Below are positions 1 to 9,859 of a stretch of DNA of 64,000 bases, piece after piece. Each line of letters begins with the position of its first letter. Position 1 is the first letter of the stretch. Where the stretch lies: the NCBI GenBank assembly GCA_034003985.1, contig JAVEXP010000001.1, positions 1,574 to 65,573 on the forward strand. The letters are read 5' to 3'. The notes under the pieces are model-generated. The model had not been told where the DNA came from. It did not search any database and saw only the letters and a list, made by a program, of their open reading frames with translations. Made by a program: the position numbers and the translations under genes. This DNA is from Patescibacteria group bacterium. Its GTDB lineage: Bacteria; Patescibacteriota; Patescibacteriia; Buchananbacterales; UBA6539.

Positions 1-1
1 T

Positions 2-193
2 CATCCGGCTCAAGTGGAATTTGTGAGGCTGTTTTTGCGTTATGTTTTGGAGCAAAGATTGAATATGTCCGAAGCTCAAGCCGCTAGAATCGGCCAGCAA
101 ATTGGCAATATTTTTGTCAGTTTGGGTAAAAAAAGTTATAATAAAATGGCATATTTTGATGTTAAGGCAAAAGAGTTCAAGTGGTTTGAATAA
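2..193 (+). CDS. 3' end of hypothetical protein (truncated by window edge)
   Basis: Open frame from base 2 (HPAQVEFVRLFLRY...AYFDVKAKEFKWFE) ending in TAA at 191-193. Confidence 0.7.
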   Translation, partial: HPAQVEFVRLFLRYVLEQRLNMSEAQAARIGQQIGNIFVSLGKKSYNKMAYFDVKAKEFKWFE

Positions 194-278
194 TTTTGAC
201 CAGTGACCTTTGGTTTGGTAAAAATCAAAGGCTAATGGTTAATTCCTAATTGGGGATAGGAAACAAGGAATTGTAACA

Positions 279-1451
279 ATGACCAAAGACAACCAAAGCC
301 ATATTTTTACTTCGGAATCGGTAACCGAAGGTCATCCCGACAAAGTTTGTGATCAGATTTCGGATGCGATTTTAGATGAGCTGATTAAACAAGACAAGAA
401 CAGCCGGGCGGGAATTGAGACTTTGGCAACTACCGGGTTGGTGGTGGTGGCCGGTGAAATCAAGACCAAAGGTTATGTTGATATCGCCGGAGTGGTGCGT
501 CGGACAATTAAAGAGATTGGTTATGACGATCATGCGATTGGTTTTCATCATGAAGATTGCGGGGTAATGGTTTGCATTGACGAACAGAGTCCGGATATTG
601 CTCAGGGGGTTGATGAAGGCAAAGGCAAATTTAAAAAACAGGGGGCGGGTGATCAGGGTTTGATGTTTGGCTATGCCTGTCGGGAGACTCCTGAATTGAT
701 GCCGTTGCCAATCATGCTGGCTCATCAAATTACCAAACGATTATCACAATTGCGAAAAAATGGCACTTTGGGATATTTGCGGCCGGACGGCAAAGCGGAA
801 GTGGCGGTTGAATATGTTGGCCATAAACCAAAAAGAGTGGATACGGTGGTTGTTGCCGCCAGTCACGATGAAGGAGTCTTGGAACAGCGGGTTGAGCGAG
901 ATATTATTAATAAAGTAATTAAGCCGATTGGCGGTAGATATTTAGATAGTAAAACCAGATATTTTGTTAATGCCACCGGCAAATTCGTAAAGTGCGGTCC
1001 GCCGGCTGACGCTGGGTTGACCGGCCGAAAAATTATTGTTGATACTTACGGCGGTTACGGCAGTCACGGTGGCGGGGCGTTTTCCGGGAAAGATCCTTCC
1101 AAAGTGGATCGGTCAGCTTCCTATATGGCCAGATATGTGGCCAAGAATGCGGTGGCTGCCGGTTTGGCCGACCGTTGCGAAGTGCAATTGGCTTATGTCA
1201 TCGGGGTGGCCGAACCAATCAGTATTTTGGTTAATACTTTTGGGACTGGTAGAATAGCCGACAAAAAAATTGAACAACTGATCAGAAAGTATTTTGATTT
1301 GACCCCAAGTGGTATTATTAAAAAATTAAAGTTACTGCGACCGATCTATCGCAAGACGGCAGCTTACGGCCATTTTGGCCGGAAAGATCCGGATTTCTTG
1401 TGGGAAAAAACCGATTTGGCGTCAGCACTGAAAAAAGCGGCCAATTTATAG
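279..1451 (+). CDS. metK: S-adenosylmethionine synthetase
   Basis: [28 protein letters not shown] and AAYGHFG signatures. Confidence 0.98.
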   Translation: MTKDNQSHIFTSESVTEGHPDKVCDQISDAILDELIKQDKNSRAGIETLATTGLVVVAGEIKTKGYVDIAGVVRRTIKEIGYDDHAIGFHHEDCGVMVCIDEQSPDIAQGVDEGKGKFKKQGAGDQGLMFGYACRETPELMPLPIMLAHQITKRLSQLRKNGTLGYLRPDGKAEVAVEYVGHKPKRVDTVVVAASHDEGVLEQRVERDIINKVIKPIGGRYLDSKTRYFVNATGKFVKCGPPADAGLTGRKIIVDTYGGYGSHGGGAFSGKDPSKVDRSASYMARYVAKNAVAAGLADRCEVQLAYVIGVAEPISILVNTFGTGRIADKKIEQLIRKYFDLTPSGIIKKLKLLRPIYRKTAAYGHFGRKDPDFLWEKTDLASALKKAANL

Positions 1452-1476
1452 ACAATTTTAAGCAAGGTGATAAACC

Positions 1477-2622
1477 ATGGCTGAAGACCAAAACAAAAAT
1501 AACGATGATTTTTTTAGCCTCATTGCCAAAGATCAAAAAATTCAAGACCCTTTTGCGACTGATGAAATACTATTTCAAGACGCCAACGGCAATTTGAAGA
1601 TCTTGAAAGGAGGTAAGGTTTTCGATTATCAAACCGATAGTTCAAAGCCTGAAACTGAAGATGCTGGGCTGGTTGAGCCACCGGTTGAAGTGGTAGCTGA
1701 GCCGCCACCGCCAGTTGCAGTGATTGACAGTTCGCTGACGCAAGAAATCAAGCCGCCGATTGTCCCGCTTGCCAGCAAAGTTGATTTTGACCAAGAGGTT
1801 GATGGTATTGTTAGAAAAGCAGAAATCAAATTTGAGGATGCCGAAGCGGCCAGGCGATTTAGAAGCATCATCATTTCCCGGCTGCGGGGCATCAGGGATC
1901 AAGTTCAGACCAGAGAAGCCTTGCTTAGTTCGCCTTTGCTTGGCGGTATGGGGTTTGACGATTTAATTACCGACAAAATACTTTCCTTAATCAACCAGCA
2001 TTCTCATGATCTTCATGATAAGCTGCGTCAAGAGGTAAGTACTGAACCGTTTTCCGACTTGCGGGCAGAAGCCAGAAAAATTCTTGATCAGCCTTTGACA
2101 ACCGTTCCAAGTATTACTTTTCAAAAAGCATCTTCATCGCCGTCAGGGCCAAGGTTGCCAAAACCGACTCAGACGCCGGTATTGTCAAAGGCCAGCGTAA
2201 CGGCGCCGGAGCCTGAACCAGAAATGTCGTCTCGCCCAATTATTAGTGAATCAACCAGTCGGCCAAAAATTGAGGATATAAAATTCAAACCAAAACTGAT
2301 AGGTCCGGTTGAAGAAATCGGATCAATGACCCTGGTTGATTTCCGGCGGCTATCCAAGGATCCTTTGGAAGCGACCAAAAAAATTATGGAAAAGATTGAT
2401 TTCTTGGAAGCTGAAGAATCTTTCAGTAAGCGGATTGAAGCAATCAGGGCTTGGAAAAGAAGCGAAGTTTACGGAATATATTTGGCTATCGGCGATCAAA
2501 GCATGGAGGAAAAAAAGCCAATTTCGGAAATTATTGCTCAACGCCAGGCGCAGAACCAGCCGACATTGAGCAGCGAGGAGTTTGAAGCCATAATCGAATT
2601 CAATAATAAAATCAGATACTAG
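1477..2622 (+). CDS. Hypothetical protein with Pro-rich linkers, upstream of PrgI/VirB4-like genes
   Basis: 381-aa ORF tightly packed with downstream genes; no recognised motif. Confidence 0.8.
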   Translation: MAEDQNKNNDDFFSLIAKDQKIQDPFATDEILFQDANGNLKILKGGKVFDYQTDSSKPETEDAGLVEPPVEVVAEPPPPVAVIDSSLTQEIKPPIVPLASKVDFDQEVDGIVRKAEIKFEDAEAARRFRSIIISRLRGIRDQVQTREALLSSPLLGGMGFDDLITDKILSLINQHSHDLHDKLRQEVSTEPFSDLRAEARKILDQPLTTVPSITFQKASSSPSGPRLPKPTQTPVLSKASVTAPEPEPEMSSRPIISESTSRPKIEDIKFKPKLIGPVEEIGSMTLVDFRRLSKDPLEATKKIMEKIDFLEAEESFSKRIEAIRAWKRSEVYGIYLAIGDQSMEEKKPISEIIAQRQAQNQPTLSSEEFEAIIEFNNKIRY

Positions 2623-2627
2623 AATCA

Positions 2628-3086
2628 ATGCAACAGTTTGTCGTGCCACAATTTATCGATGTTGAAGACAAAATCATTGGCCCGATCACGGTCAGGCAGT
2701 TTATCGTGATGTTGGTTGGTGGCGGTTTTATTTTTGTTGCCTATAAGCTCGCTGATTTTACTTTGTTTATCGTGGAAATGATTGCCATTTCATCGATTAC
2801 ATTTGGCGTAGCTTTCATCAAAATTAACGGCCGGCCGATTCATTATTTTTTACTTAATGTTTTACAGACGAGCAAACGACCAAAAATCAGAATTTGGCAA
2901 AAAATGTTTAAAAAAAGTGAGTTGAGCGGCGATAAAAACCAAACACCCATTAGTTTGGTGCCAAAACCTGTTATGCCAAACAAGGTTCGCGCATCACGGT
3001 TGGCCGAAATGGCCTTGATTGTTGATACCGGCGGCGTTTATCAGGGTGAAAAAGAACCGCCGGACAGTAATAACCAGTTATTATGA
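2628..3086 (+). CDS. PrgI family (VirB3-like) membrane protein
   Basis: QFxVPQFIDVEDKIIGPITVRQF N-terminus, two TM segments, GRP motif. Confidence 0.85.
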   Translation: MQQFVVPQFIDVEDKIIGPITVRQFIVMLVGGGFIFVAYKLADFTLFIVEMIAISSITFGVAFIKINGRPIHYFLLNVLQTSKRPKIRIWQKMFKKSELSGDKNQTPISLVPKPVMPNKVRASRLAEMALIVDTGGVYQGEKEPPDSNNQLL

Positions 3087-3760
3087 AATCAAAAAAATTA
3101 GCCAACAAAAAAATTTCCGCCACGACTCAGCAATATCTTGATATCGCCGAGATCAGAGATGATGTCGTAATATTGAAAGACGGAACATTGCGCGCTGTGT
3201 TGTTGGTGTCTAGTCTTAACTTTTCTTTAAAATCCGAAGATGAGCAGAACGCGATTATTGCGGCTTACATCAGTTTTTTGAATTTTTTGGAATTTCCTTT
3301 GCAGATTGTGATTCAGTCACGAAAGTTGGATATTGACGGCTATCTGGATCATTTGCGAAAGCTGGAAAAAGAACAAACCAATGAATTGCTGCGAATGCAG
3401 ACGGCTGAATATCGTCAATATATCGGCGAGTTGGTTGAGATTGGCGATATTATGACCAAACGCTTTTATGTTGTTGTCCCTTATGATCCGATTTCCGACA
3501 AGCAAAAATCGTGGTTTAAGAGATTTTTGGGAGTATTTTCGGCGGCGGCCGAAGTAAAACTTTCGCAGAAAGAGTTTTTAAAGCGTCGCCATGCCCTGTA
3601 CCAGCGGGTGGAAAATATCGTCGGCGGGCTAGCTTCCATGAGCCTGAAATCAGTGGTTTTGGACACTCAGAGTTTGATTGAACTTTATTACAATACTTAC
3701 AATTTGGATGTCTACAATAAACAAAAGATGGTAGAATTAAATAAACTGCGAATTGAATAA
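3083..3760 (+). CDS. TraC/VirB4 N-terminal-like protein of T4SS-like cluster
   Basis: NFSLKSEDEQNAII...FLNFLEFPLQIVIQSR pattern; lies between PrgI and the VirB4 ATPase; ATGA overlap. Confidence 0.7.
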   Translation: MKSKKLANKKISATTQQYLDIAEIRDDVVILKDGTLRAVLLVSSLNFSLKSEDEQNAIIAAYISFLNFLEFPLQIVIQSRKLDIDGYLDHLRKLEKEQTNELLRMQTAEYRQYIGELVEIGDIMTKRFYVVVPYDPISDKQKSWFKRFLGVFSAAAEVKLSQKEFLKRRHALYQRVENIVGGLASMSLKSVVLDTQSLIELYYNTYNLDVYNKQKMVELNKLRIE

Positions 3761-3762
3761 TT

Positions 3763-5676
3763 ATGGCCTTTAGACCGCAACAAATTATTAAAGAGGAAAA
3801 ACAGGCTCAGAATCCGCCGGAAGAGGTTTTAAACGCGGAAGAGCAGAAAATCAAAGAAACCGAAGAACTTCAGACTGCCAAAACGGTTTTGGAAGAAGAA
3901 AAAATTTACCGCGAAGGGGTAGTGTCAATTAAGGATTTGATTTCCCCGGCGGCGCTGGAAGTAACGCCGACTTTTGTCCGGATTGGCGGTAAATTTGTTC
4001 GGACTTTGTTTACAATTGCTTACCCCCGTTATATTGCGGTCGGATGGTTTGCGCCGATCATTAATTTGAGCGCGACTTTGGATATTGCCATGTTTTTTTA
4101 TCCGGTTAAGTCAAGTATTATTTTAAAACAGCTGCGCAATAAAGTCGGAGCCCTGGAAGCCCAAATTTTGTCGGATCGGGAAAAAGGCGCGCCACGGGAT
4201 CCGATTAGGGAGACTGCCTTGCGCGATATTGAAAAATTGCGGGATGATTTAACTCAGGGGGTTGAACATTTTTTTCAGTTTGGTTTGTATGTGACATTAT
4301 ACGCCGATTCTAAAAAAGAATTGGAGAATATGACCAATGAGGTTGAGTCGTTATTTGGTTCCAGATTGGTGATGTCTAAGAAAGTGTTGTACCAGGCGGA
4401 GCAGGGATTCAATTCAACTTTGCCGTTGGGTAATGACGAGCTGATGATTGGCTTTAACATGAATTCTTCGCCGGTAGCTTCGTCTTTCCCGTTCATTTCT
4501 TCCGAGTTGACTTCCGACGAAGGCATTTTGTACGGCATTAATCGCCATAATAACAGCTTGATTTTATTTGACCGTTTTTCATTGCAGAATGCCAATATGG
4601 TGGTATTCGCCACTTCCGGCGCCGGCAAGAGTTATGCAATCAAACTGGAAGTCTTGCGCACCATGATGATGGGAACTGATGTGATTGTCATTGATCCGGA
4701 ACGGGAATATAAACATTTGTCCGAAGCGGTCGGCGGGACATATATTAATATTTCTTTAAGTTCGGAGAGCAAAATTAACCCGTTTGATTTACCGCGCGCC
4801 GTGGGTGAACAAAAAACCGCCGATGTTATCAGAGGCTCGGTTATTACTCTCAAAGGATTAATCAAGTTGATGTTGGGCGAACTTAATCATCAGGAAGATT
4901 CGCTGGTTGACCGGGCGTTATTGGAAACTTATGCCAAAAAGGATATTACTGCCGATTCCGACTTGTCTCAAGTTGAGTCGCCAATTATGCAGGATTTCCA
5001 AGATATTTTGGAAGGCATGGAAGGCGGGGCGGATCTGTCGCTGCGGTTGAAGAAATATACCAGCGGCACATTTGCCGGATTATTTAACAGTCCGACCAAT
5101 GTGGATATGAAAAACCAATTGGTGGTATTTTCCGTTCGGGATTTGGAAGACGAACTGAGGCCAATGGCGATTTATACCATCGTTAATTACATTTGGAATG
5201 TTGTCAGGTCGGAACTTAAAAAACGAGTTTTGATCATTGATGAAGCCTGGTGGCTGATGCAAAATGAAGACTCGGCCAAATTTATTTTCGCCTTAGTCAA
5301 GCGTTGTCGCAAATACTATCTGGGAGTAACCAATATCACCCAAGATGTCAATGATTTTTTGCTGTCGCCTTACGGTCAAGCGATCGTTAACAACTCGGCT
5401 TTACAATTATTGATGAGACAATCGCCGGCGGCAATTGATTTGATCCAAAAGACTTTTTTGTTAACTGAGGGGGAGAAGTATTTACTGCTGGAAACCGGAG
5501 TTGGCGAAGGAATATTTTTTGCGGGGGACAAGCATGCGGCCATTAAGGTGGTAGCTTCTTATACCGAAGATCAACTGATTACTTCCGATCCGCGCCAAAT
5601 TTTGGAAATCGAAGAAGCTAAAAGGGAATTTAATGAGACTCACCAAAATGAAGAGCCGGCCGCGGTTAATGATTAG
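3763..5676 (+). CDS. VirB4/TraC-like ATPase
   Basis: Walker A ATSGAGKS, IDPEREY, INPFD, Walker B IIDEAW, RCRKY, TQD motifs. Confidence 0.9.
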   Translation: MAFRPQQIIKEEKQAQNPPEEVLNAEEQKIKETEELQTAKTVLEEEKIYREGVVSIKDLISPAALEVTPTFVRIGGKFVRTLFTIAYPRYIAVGWFAPIINLSATLDIAMFFYPVKSSIILKQLRNKVGALEAQILSDREKGAPRDPIRETALRDIEKLRDDLTQGVEHFFQFGLYVTLYADSKKELENMTNEVESLFGSRLVMSKKVLYQAEQGFNSTLPLGNDELMIGFNMNSSPVASSFPFISSELTSDEGILYGINRHNNSLILFDRFSLQNANMVVFATSGAGKSYAIKLEVLRTMMMGTDVIVIDPEREYKHLSEAVGGTYINISLSSESKINPFDLPRAVGEQKTADVIRGSVITLKGLIKLMLGELNHQEDSLVDRALLETYAKKDITADSDLSQVESPIMQDFQDILEGMEGGADLSLRLKKYTSGTFAGLFNSPTNVDMKNQLVVFSVRDLEDELRPMAIYTIVNYIWNVVRSELKKRVLIIDEAWWLMQNEDSAKFIFALVKRCRKYYLGVTNITQDVNDFLLSPYGQAIVNNSALQLLMRQSPAAIDLIQKTFLLTEGEKYLLLETGVGEGIFFAGDKHAAIKVVASYTEDQLITSDPRQILEIEEAKREFNETHQNEEPAAVND

Positions 5677-5688
5677 TAATATAATATT

Positions 5689-6279
5689 ATGAGCAGAAGA
5701 AATAAAATTATCATTGGGCTGGCAGTATTGGTTTTAATTTTATTGCTGCTGGTTTTAGTTTGGTGGCTTTGGCGGGCGGAGCCGGTAATAACGGTGCCGA
5801 CAGACACAATAGAAGTCAGGGAAGGAATCCAAGTTCCAGCCAATCTGCCGACAGCTTCGTTGCCGATTGGCGATGAGGCCGACAGGAATATTGATCCGAC
5901 CGATCAAGCTGCGGTGATGAAGGCGGTGGCCATGACTTTTGCTGAAAGATTTGGTAGTTATTCCAATGAGACTGATTTTTTGAATTTTGACGATTTGCGC
6001 GATATTATGACAGTCCGAATGAGAGCTTGGGTGGAAAATTATAAGGCTCAAAATCCGCTTGATAAAGGCGATAATTATTTTGGAATCAACACCAAAGCGC
6101 TGTCAATTGAAGTGGTTGAGTATGATGTCCAAACCGGCCAGGCCGAGGTGACTGTCGGCACCCAGAGAATGGAAGCCAAAAGCAGTACTGTTAACCCGCG
6201 AGTTTATTATCAAAATATCAGGGTTAATTTGGTGAATTCGGAAAGCGGTTGGAAAGTGGATGCCGCCGAGTGGCTTTAA
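5689..6279 (+). CDS. Bitopic membrane protein, possibly VirB8/TcpC-like (NTF2 fold)
   Basis: N-terminal TM anchor, FAERFGSYS, C-terminal GWKVD strand; adjacent to VirB4. Confidence 0.55.
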   Translation: MSRRNKIIIGLAVLVLILLLLVLVWWLWRAEPVITVPTDTIEVREGIQVPANLPTASLPIGDEADRNIDPTDQAAVMKAVAMTFAERFGSYSNETDFLNFDDLRDIMTVRMRAWVENYKAQNPLDKGDNYFGINTKALSIEVVEYDVQTGQAEVTVGTQRMEAKSSTVNPRVYYQNIRVNLVNSESGWKVDAAEWL

Positions 6280-6325
6280 TTAATCTTGTTAATTTAATTG
6301 CCAACATAGCGAGAAGGATTTTGCT

Positions 6326-6976
6326 ATGTGGCAAAAAGTAATAGATTTATTATTTCCGGTTGAATGTTTGGGTTGTACCAAGATCGGTCAATGGCTTTGC
6401 GATGATTGTTTAAATAATATCGCCATTGCCGAAAAAAATTTTTTAGCTGAAGAAAAATTTAGACCTTTAACGGGTCTAATTGTGGCGCTAGATTACCACC
6501 AGCCGTTGTTTGCCAAGGCGTTACATTGTTATAAATATAATTACATTAAAGACTTGGGAGAATGTTTGGCGCCTTTTTTGATAAAGGCAATCAGCCGAGT
6601 TTATCTGGCCAAAAAGCTTAAAGGATTTGATTTAATAATTCCAATGCCGCTTGCTAGGCAGAGGCTAGTTTGGCGGGGGTTCAACCAATCAGAAATTTTA
6701 GCCAGACTGGTTAGTAAAGAATTTGACTGGCCATTGGCGGATAATGTGATTGCAAGAAAACACCGCCGCCAGCCGCAAGTCGGCTTGGGCGCGACGGCCA
6801 GAATCGAGAATGTCAAAGGAGTGTTTAAAATTAGAGTCCCTTTTGTTCTGACTGACAAGCGGATTTTGCTTATTGATGATGTTTTGACCACCGGCGCCAC
6901 CTTGACTGAATGTGCCAGAATATTAAAATCAGCGGGCGCGGCCGAAGTCTGGGCCGCAGTTTTGGCCAGAGACTGA
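6326..6976 (+). CDS. comF: ComF family competence protein (zinc ribbon + PRTase)
   Basis: LLFPVECLGC...LCDDC, RGFNQSE, LLIDDVLTTGATL. Confidence 0.93.
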   Translation: MWQKVIDLLFPVECLGCTKIGQWLCDDCLNNIAIAEKNFLAEEKFRPLTGLIVALDYHQPLFAKALHCYKYNYIKDLGECLAPFLIKAISRVYLAKKLKGFDLIIPMPLARQRLVWRGFNQSEILARLVSKEFDWPLADNVIARKHRRQPQVGLGATARIENVKGVFKIRVPFVLTDKRILLIDDVLTTGATLTECARILKSAGAAEVWAAVLARD

Positions 6977-6983
6977 TGATGCC

Positions 6984-7012
6984 TTTACATCATTGATAAA
7001 GTGTGTTAAAAT
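6984..7012 (+). promoter_or_regulatory. Sigma70-type promoter for tRNA-Ser(GCT) cluster
   Basis: TTTACA-17 nt-TAAAAT with extended -10 TG. Confidence 0.6.
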
Positions 7013-7059
7013 GTCAGAGTTTTCAAGACGGTACAGCCAGGAGCTTGCCTGCAGTCAAT

Positions 7060-7147
7060 GGAAGGGTGGCAGAGTGGTCGAATGCGGCACACTGCTAACG
7101 TGTTAACCCCTAAACCGGGTTCGCGGGTTCGAATCCCGCCCCTTCCG
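7060..7147 (+). tRNA. tRNA-Ser(GCT), no encoded CCA
   Basis: Acceptor GGAAGGG/CCCTTCC, anticodon loop CT-GCT-AA, long variable arm, GGTTCGAATCC T-arm, discriminator G. Confidence 0.93.
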
Positions 7148-7173
7148 TTGAGTGAAGGGAAGGAGGTAAAAAT

Positions 7174-7701
7174 ATGGATTTAAATTCAATTAAAGAGCAA
7201 GATAAACAAGCCGATATTGATTTAGACAAAGAATACGGCGAAGTTTTTTTTCACTGGAAGTTTTTTGAATTTGCTAAACATCAGCGGAATGAAGGCTGGT
7301 ATTTTTGGGCCGGATTGGTGGTGGTGCTTTTGCTGGTTTATTCAATTGTGGCGGCTGATTTGCTGTTTGGTTTTATTGTGATTTTGGTAACAATGATTTT
7401 GATTCTTTTTAACCGGACGAACAGCGAAATTGATTTTCGGATTACCGAAGACGGTATTTTGATAAATCGGAAGTTATATCAATATAAAGATCTGAAAAAT
7501 TTTTATATCATTTACAATCCGCCGGAAGTCAAAACCCTGTATTTTGAGCCTAAGAGTATTTTGAGTCCCAGAATTCCGGTGGCATTGGAAGATCAAAATC
7601 CAGTAAAAATTCGGGAGTTGTTAAAAAAATATTTGGAAGAAGATCTGGAGAGAGAAGATGAGCCGGTTTCTGATCAAACTTCGCGGATGTTTAAACTTTG
7701 A
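7174..7701 (+). CDS. Conserved hypothetical membrane protein (two TM segments plus soluble C-terminal domain)
   Basis: Strong SD AGGAGG at 7161-7166; two hydrophobic helices. Confidence 0.8.
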   Translation: MDLNSIKEQDKQADIDLDKEYGEVFFHWKFFEFAKHQRNEGWYFWAGLVVVLLLVYSIVAADLLFGFIVILVTMILILFNRTNSEIDFRITEDGILINRKLYQYKDLKNFYIIYNPPEVKTLYFEPKSILSPRIPVALEDQNPVKIRELLKKYLEEDLEREDEPVSDQTSRMFKL

Positions 7702-7710
7702 TTTCAGCTT

Positions 7711-7787
7711 GTCCCAGTAGCTCAGTTGGATAGAGCGCAAGCTTGCGGAGCTTGAGGTCGCAGGTTCGACCCCTGCCTGGGACGCCA
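7711..7787 (+). tRNA. tRNA-Arg(GCG), CCA encoded
   Basis: GTCCCAG/CTGGGAC acceptor, CAAGC-TT-GCG-GA-GCTTG anticodon arm, GGTTCGAC T-loop, ends GCCA. Confidence 0.95.
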
Positions 7788-7792
7788 TTAAT

Positions 7793-9856
7793 ATGATGGA
7801 TAGTAAATTAACCGTTTCAGTATCACAGGTTGGCCGAGTGGGTAAAACCACCGCTACGCGGCTGAAAAAATTAGGAATTGAGACCGTTAGGGATCTCATT
7901 TTTTATTATCCTTCGCGTTGGCAGGATTTAAGCCAAATTTCCCAGATTGCCAAGATTCAACCGGGGGAAACGATAACGGTCAGAGCCCGGATCAATTTAA
8001 TCAATAATCGTCGCAGTCGATTGAAGAAAAAAATATTGACCGAAGCGCTGGTGAGCGACAACAGCGGGTCAATTAGGGTGATTTGGTTCAATCAATCTTT
8101 TATTACCAAGGTGCTTGAACCGGGAACTGAAGTTTATTTGTCCGGCAAGGCCGATTATGATCGTTATGATTTGCAATTGATAAATCCGGTGTATGAGAAA
8201 GTCGGTTCGGCCGATACCGTCCACACGGCCAGAATTATTCCAATTTATTCTTTGACCAGCAATTTAACTCAAAAGCAGTTAAGATTTTTGATAAAATCAG
8301 TTTTACCTCAGATAAAGTCAATTGAGGAATTTTTGCCCGTTGATGTTATCAAGCGTTACGGGTTGCTAGGCATCCAGGAGTCGTTGGCACAAATTCATTT
8401 TCCTGAAAACAAAAATTTATTGCACCAAGCCATCACCCGCCTTAAATTTGATGAACTTTTTTTGTTTCAGTTGCAGATTGCCAAAAGCCGTTTGGAACTG
8501 GATCGAGCGGCAGCCGAACCAATACCGTTTAATGAAACCGCGACTAAAAATTTTGTCGCAGAGTTACCTTTTGTTTTGACGGCTGATCAGAAAAAAGCCG
8601 CTTGGCAAATAATTGGTGATTTGGAAAAATCCCGCCCGATGAACCGGCTGTTAGAGGGGGATGTCGGTTCGGGCAAGACAATCGTCGCTGCGATGGCAAT
8701 GCTTAATGTTGCTCTGTCCGGGAAACAGACGGTGGTGATGGCACCAACCGAGATTTTGGCCAGCCAGCACTATCAGACTATTAAACTTTTACTTGAGCCA
8801 TTTAATTTCAGGGTCGGGTTGCTTACCAGGAGTCACCAATATTTGGGCAATGAAAAATCCAATAAAAAGGAGCTACTCAACAAATTAAAAACCGGCCAGA
8901 TCGCCGTCATAGTTGGGACTCATACTTTAATTCAAGAAGCTGTTGATTTTTCCGACTTGGCTTTGGCGGTCATTGACGAGCAGCACCGTTTTGGCGTTGA
9001 TCAGCGACGAATTTTGACTGAAAAATCCGGCCATAAAAAAACCGTTCCTCATTTATTGTCGATGACCGCCACGCCCATTCCCCGATCGTTGGCTTTAAGT
9101 CTTTATGGAGATTTGGATATCTCAATTATCAGAGAACTTCCCAAGGAACGCAAACAAGTCATTACCAAACTGATTAGTCCCGCCGATCGCGCCGGCGCTT
9201 ATGATTTCATTAGCCAACAAATCAAAACAGGCAGACAAGTTTTTATTATTTGTCCTTTAATCGATCCGTCCGACAAATTGGGGGTTAAATCGGTGACTTC
9301 CGAATTTGTTAGGTTAAGCCAAGAGGTGTTTTCCGATTTTACTATTTCGATGTTGCACGGCAAAATGAAAGGCGAAGAAAAGGAAAAAATAATGGGCGAT
9401 TTTTTAGCCCAAAAAACCCAAATTTTAGTTTCGACTTCGGTGATTGAAGTTGGGGTAGATGTTCCCAATGCGGCGGTGATGATAATTGAGGGTGCACAGC
9501 GTTTTGGGCTGGCCCAGCTTCATCAGTTTCGTGGTCGGGTTGGGCGGGGACAGCACCAATCGTACTGTTTATTGTTTTCAGAAAACAATAATCCGACTAC
9601 CAGCCAAAGACTTCAGGCATTATTGACAGCCAAAGACGGTTTTGAATTGGCTGAGTTGGATTTAAAATTCAGAGGCCCGGGCGAAATTTACGGCCGAATG
9701 CAGTCCGGTTTTCCGGAATTTAAAATTGCCAAGTTGACCGATCAAGCTTTAATTGGTTTGGCCAAGCAAGCGGCTAGAGAGGTTCTACAACAGGATTTAA
9801 ACCTAGACGATTCTATTAGTTTAAAAAACAAATTAAAAAAAGTTCACTTGGAATAA
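7793..9856 (+). CDS. recG: ATP-dependent DNA helicase RecG
   Basis: RLLEGDVGSGKT, DEQHRFG, MTATPIPR, QFRGRVGR, DLKFRGPGE. Confidence 0.97.
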   Translation: MMDSKLTVSVSQVGRVGKTTATRLKKLGIETVRDLIFYYPSRWQDLSQISQIAKIQPGETITVRARINLINNRRSRLKKKILTEALVSDNSGSIRVIWFNQSFITKVLEPGTEVYLSGKADYDRYDLQLINPVYEKVGSADTVHTARIIPIYSLTSNLTQKQLRFLIKSVLPQIKSIEEFLPVDVIKRYGLLGIQESLAQIHFPENKNLLHQAITRLKFDELFLFQLQIAKSRLELDRAAAEPIPFNETATKNFVAELPFVLTADQKKAAWQIIGDLEKSRPMNRLLEGDVGSGKTIVAAMAMLNVALSGKQTVVMAPTEILASQHYQTIKLLLEPFNFRVGLLTRSHQYLGNEKSNKKELLNKLKTGQIAVIVGTHTLIQEAVDFSDLALAVIDEQHRFGVDQRRILTEKSGHKKTVPHLLSMTATPIPRSLALSLYGDLDISIIRELPKERKQVITKLISPADRAGAYDFISQQIKTGRQVFIICPLIDPSDKLGVKSVTSEFVRLSQEVFSDFTISMLHGKMKGEEKEKIMGDFLAQKTQILVSTSVIEVGVDVPNAAVMIIEGAQRFGLAQLHQFRGRVGRGQHQSYCLLFSENNNPTTSQRLQALLTAKDGFELAELDLKFRGPGEIYGRMQSGFPEFKIAKLTDQALIGLAKQAAREVLQQDLNLDDSISLKNKLKKVHLE

Positions 9857-9859
9857 AAA

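Noticed and set aside
7019-7029. GTTTTCAAGAC identical to part of the tRNA-Ser(TGA) anticodon arm at 50341-50351
   Set aside because: An 11-bp match without further similarity; compatible with chance
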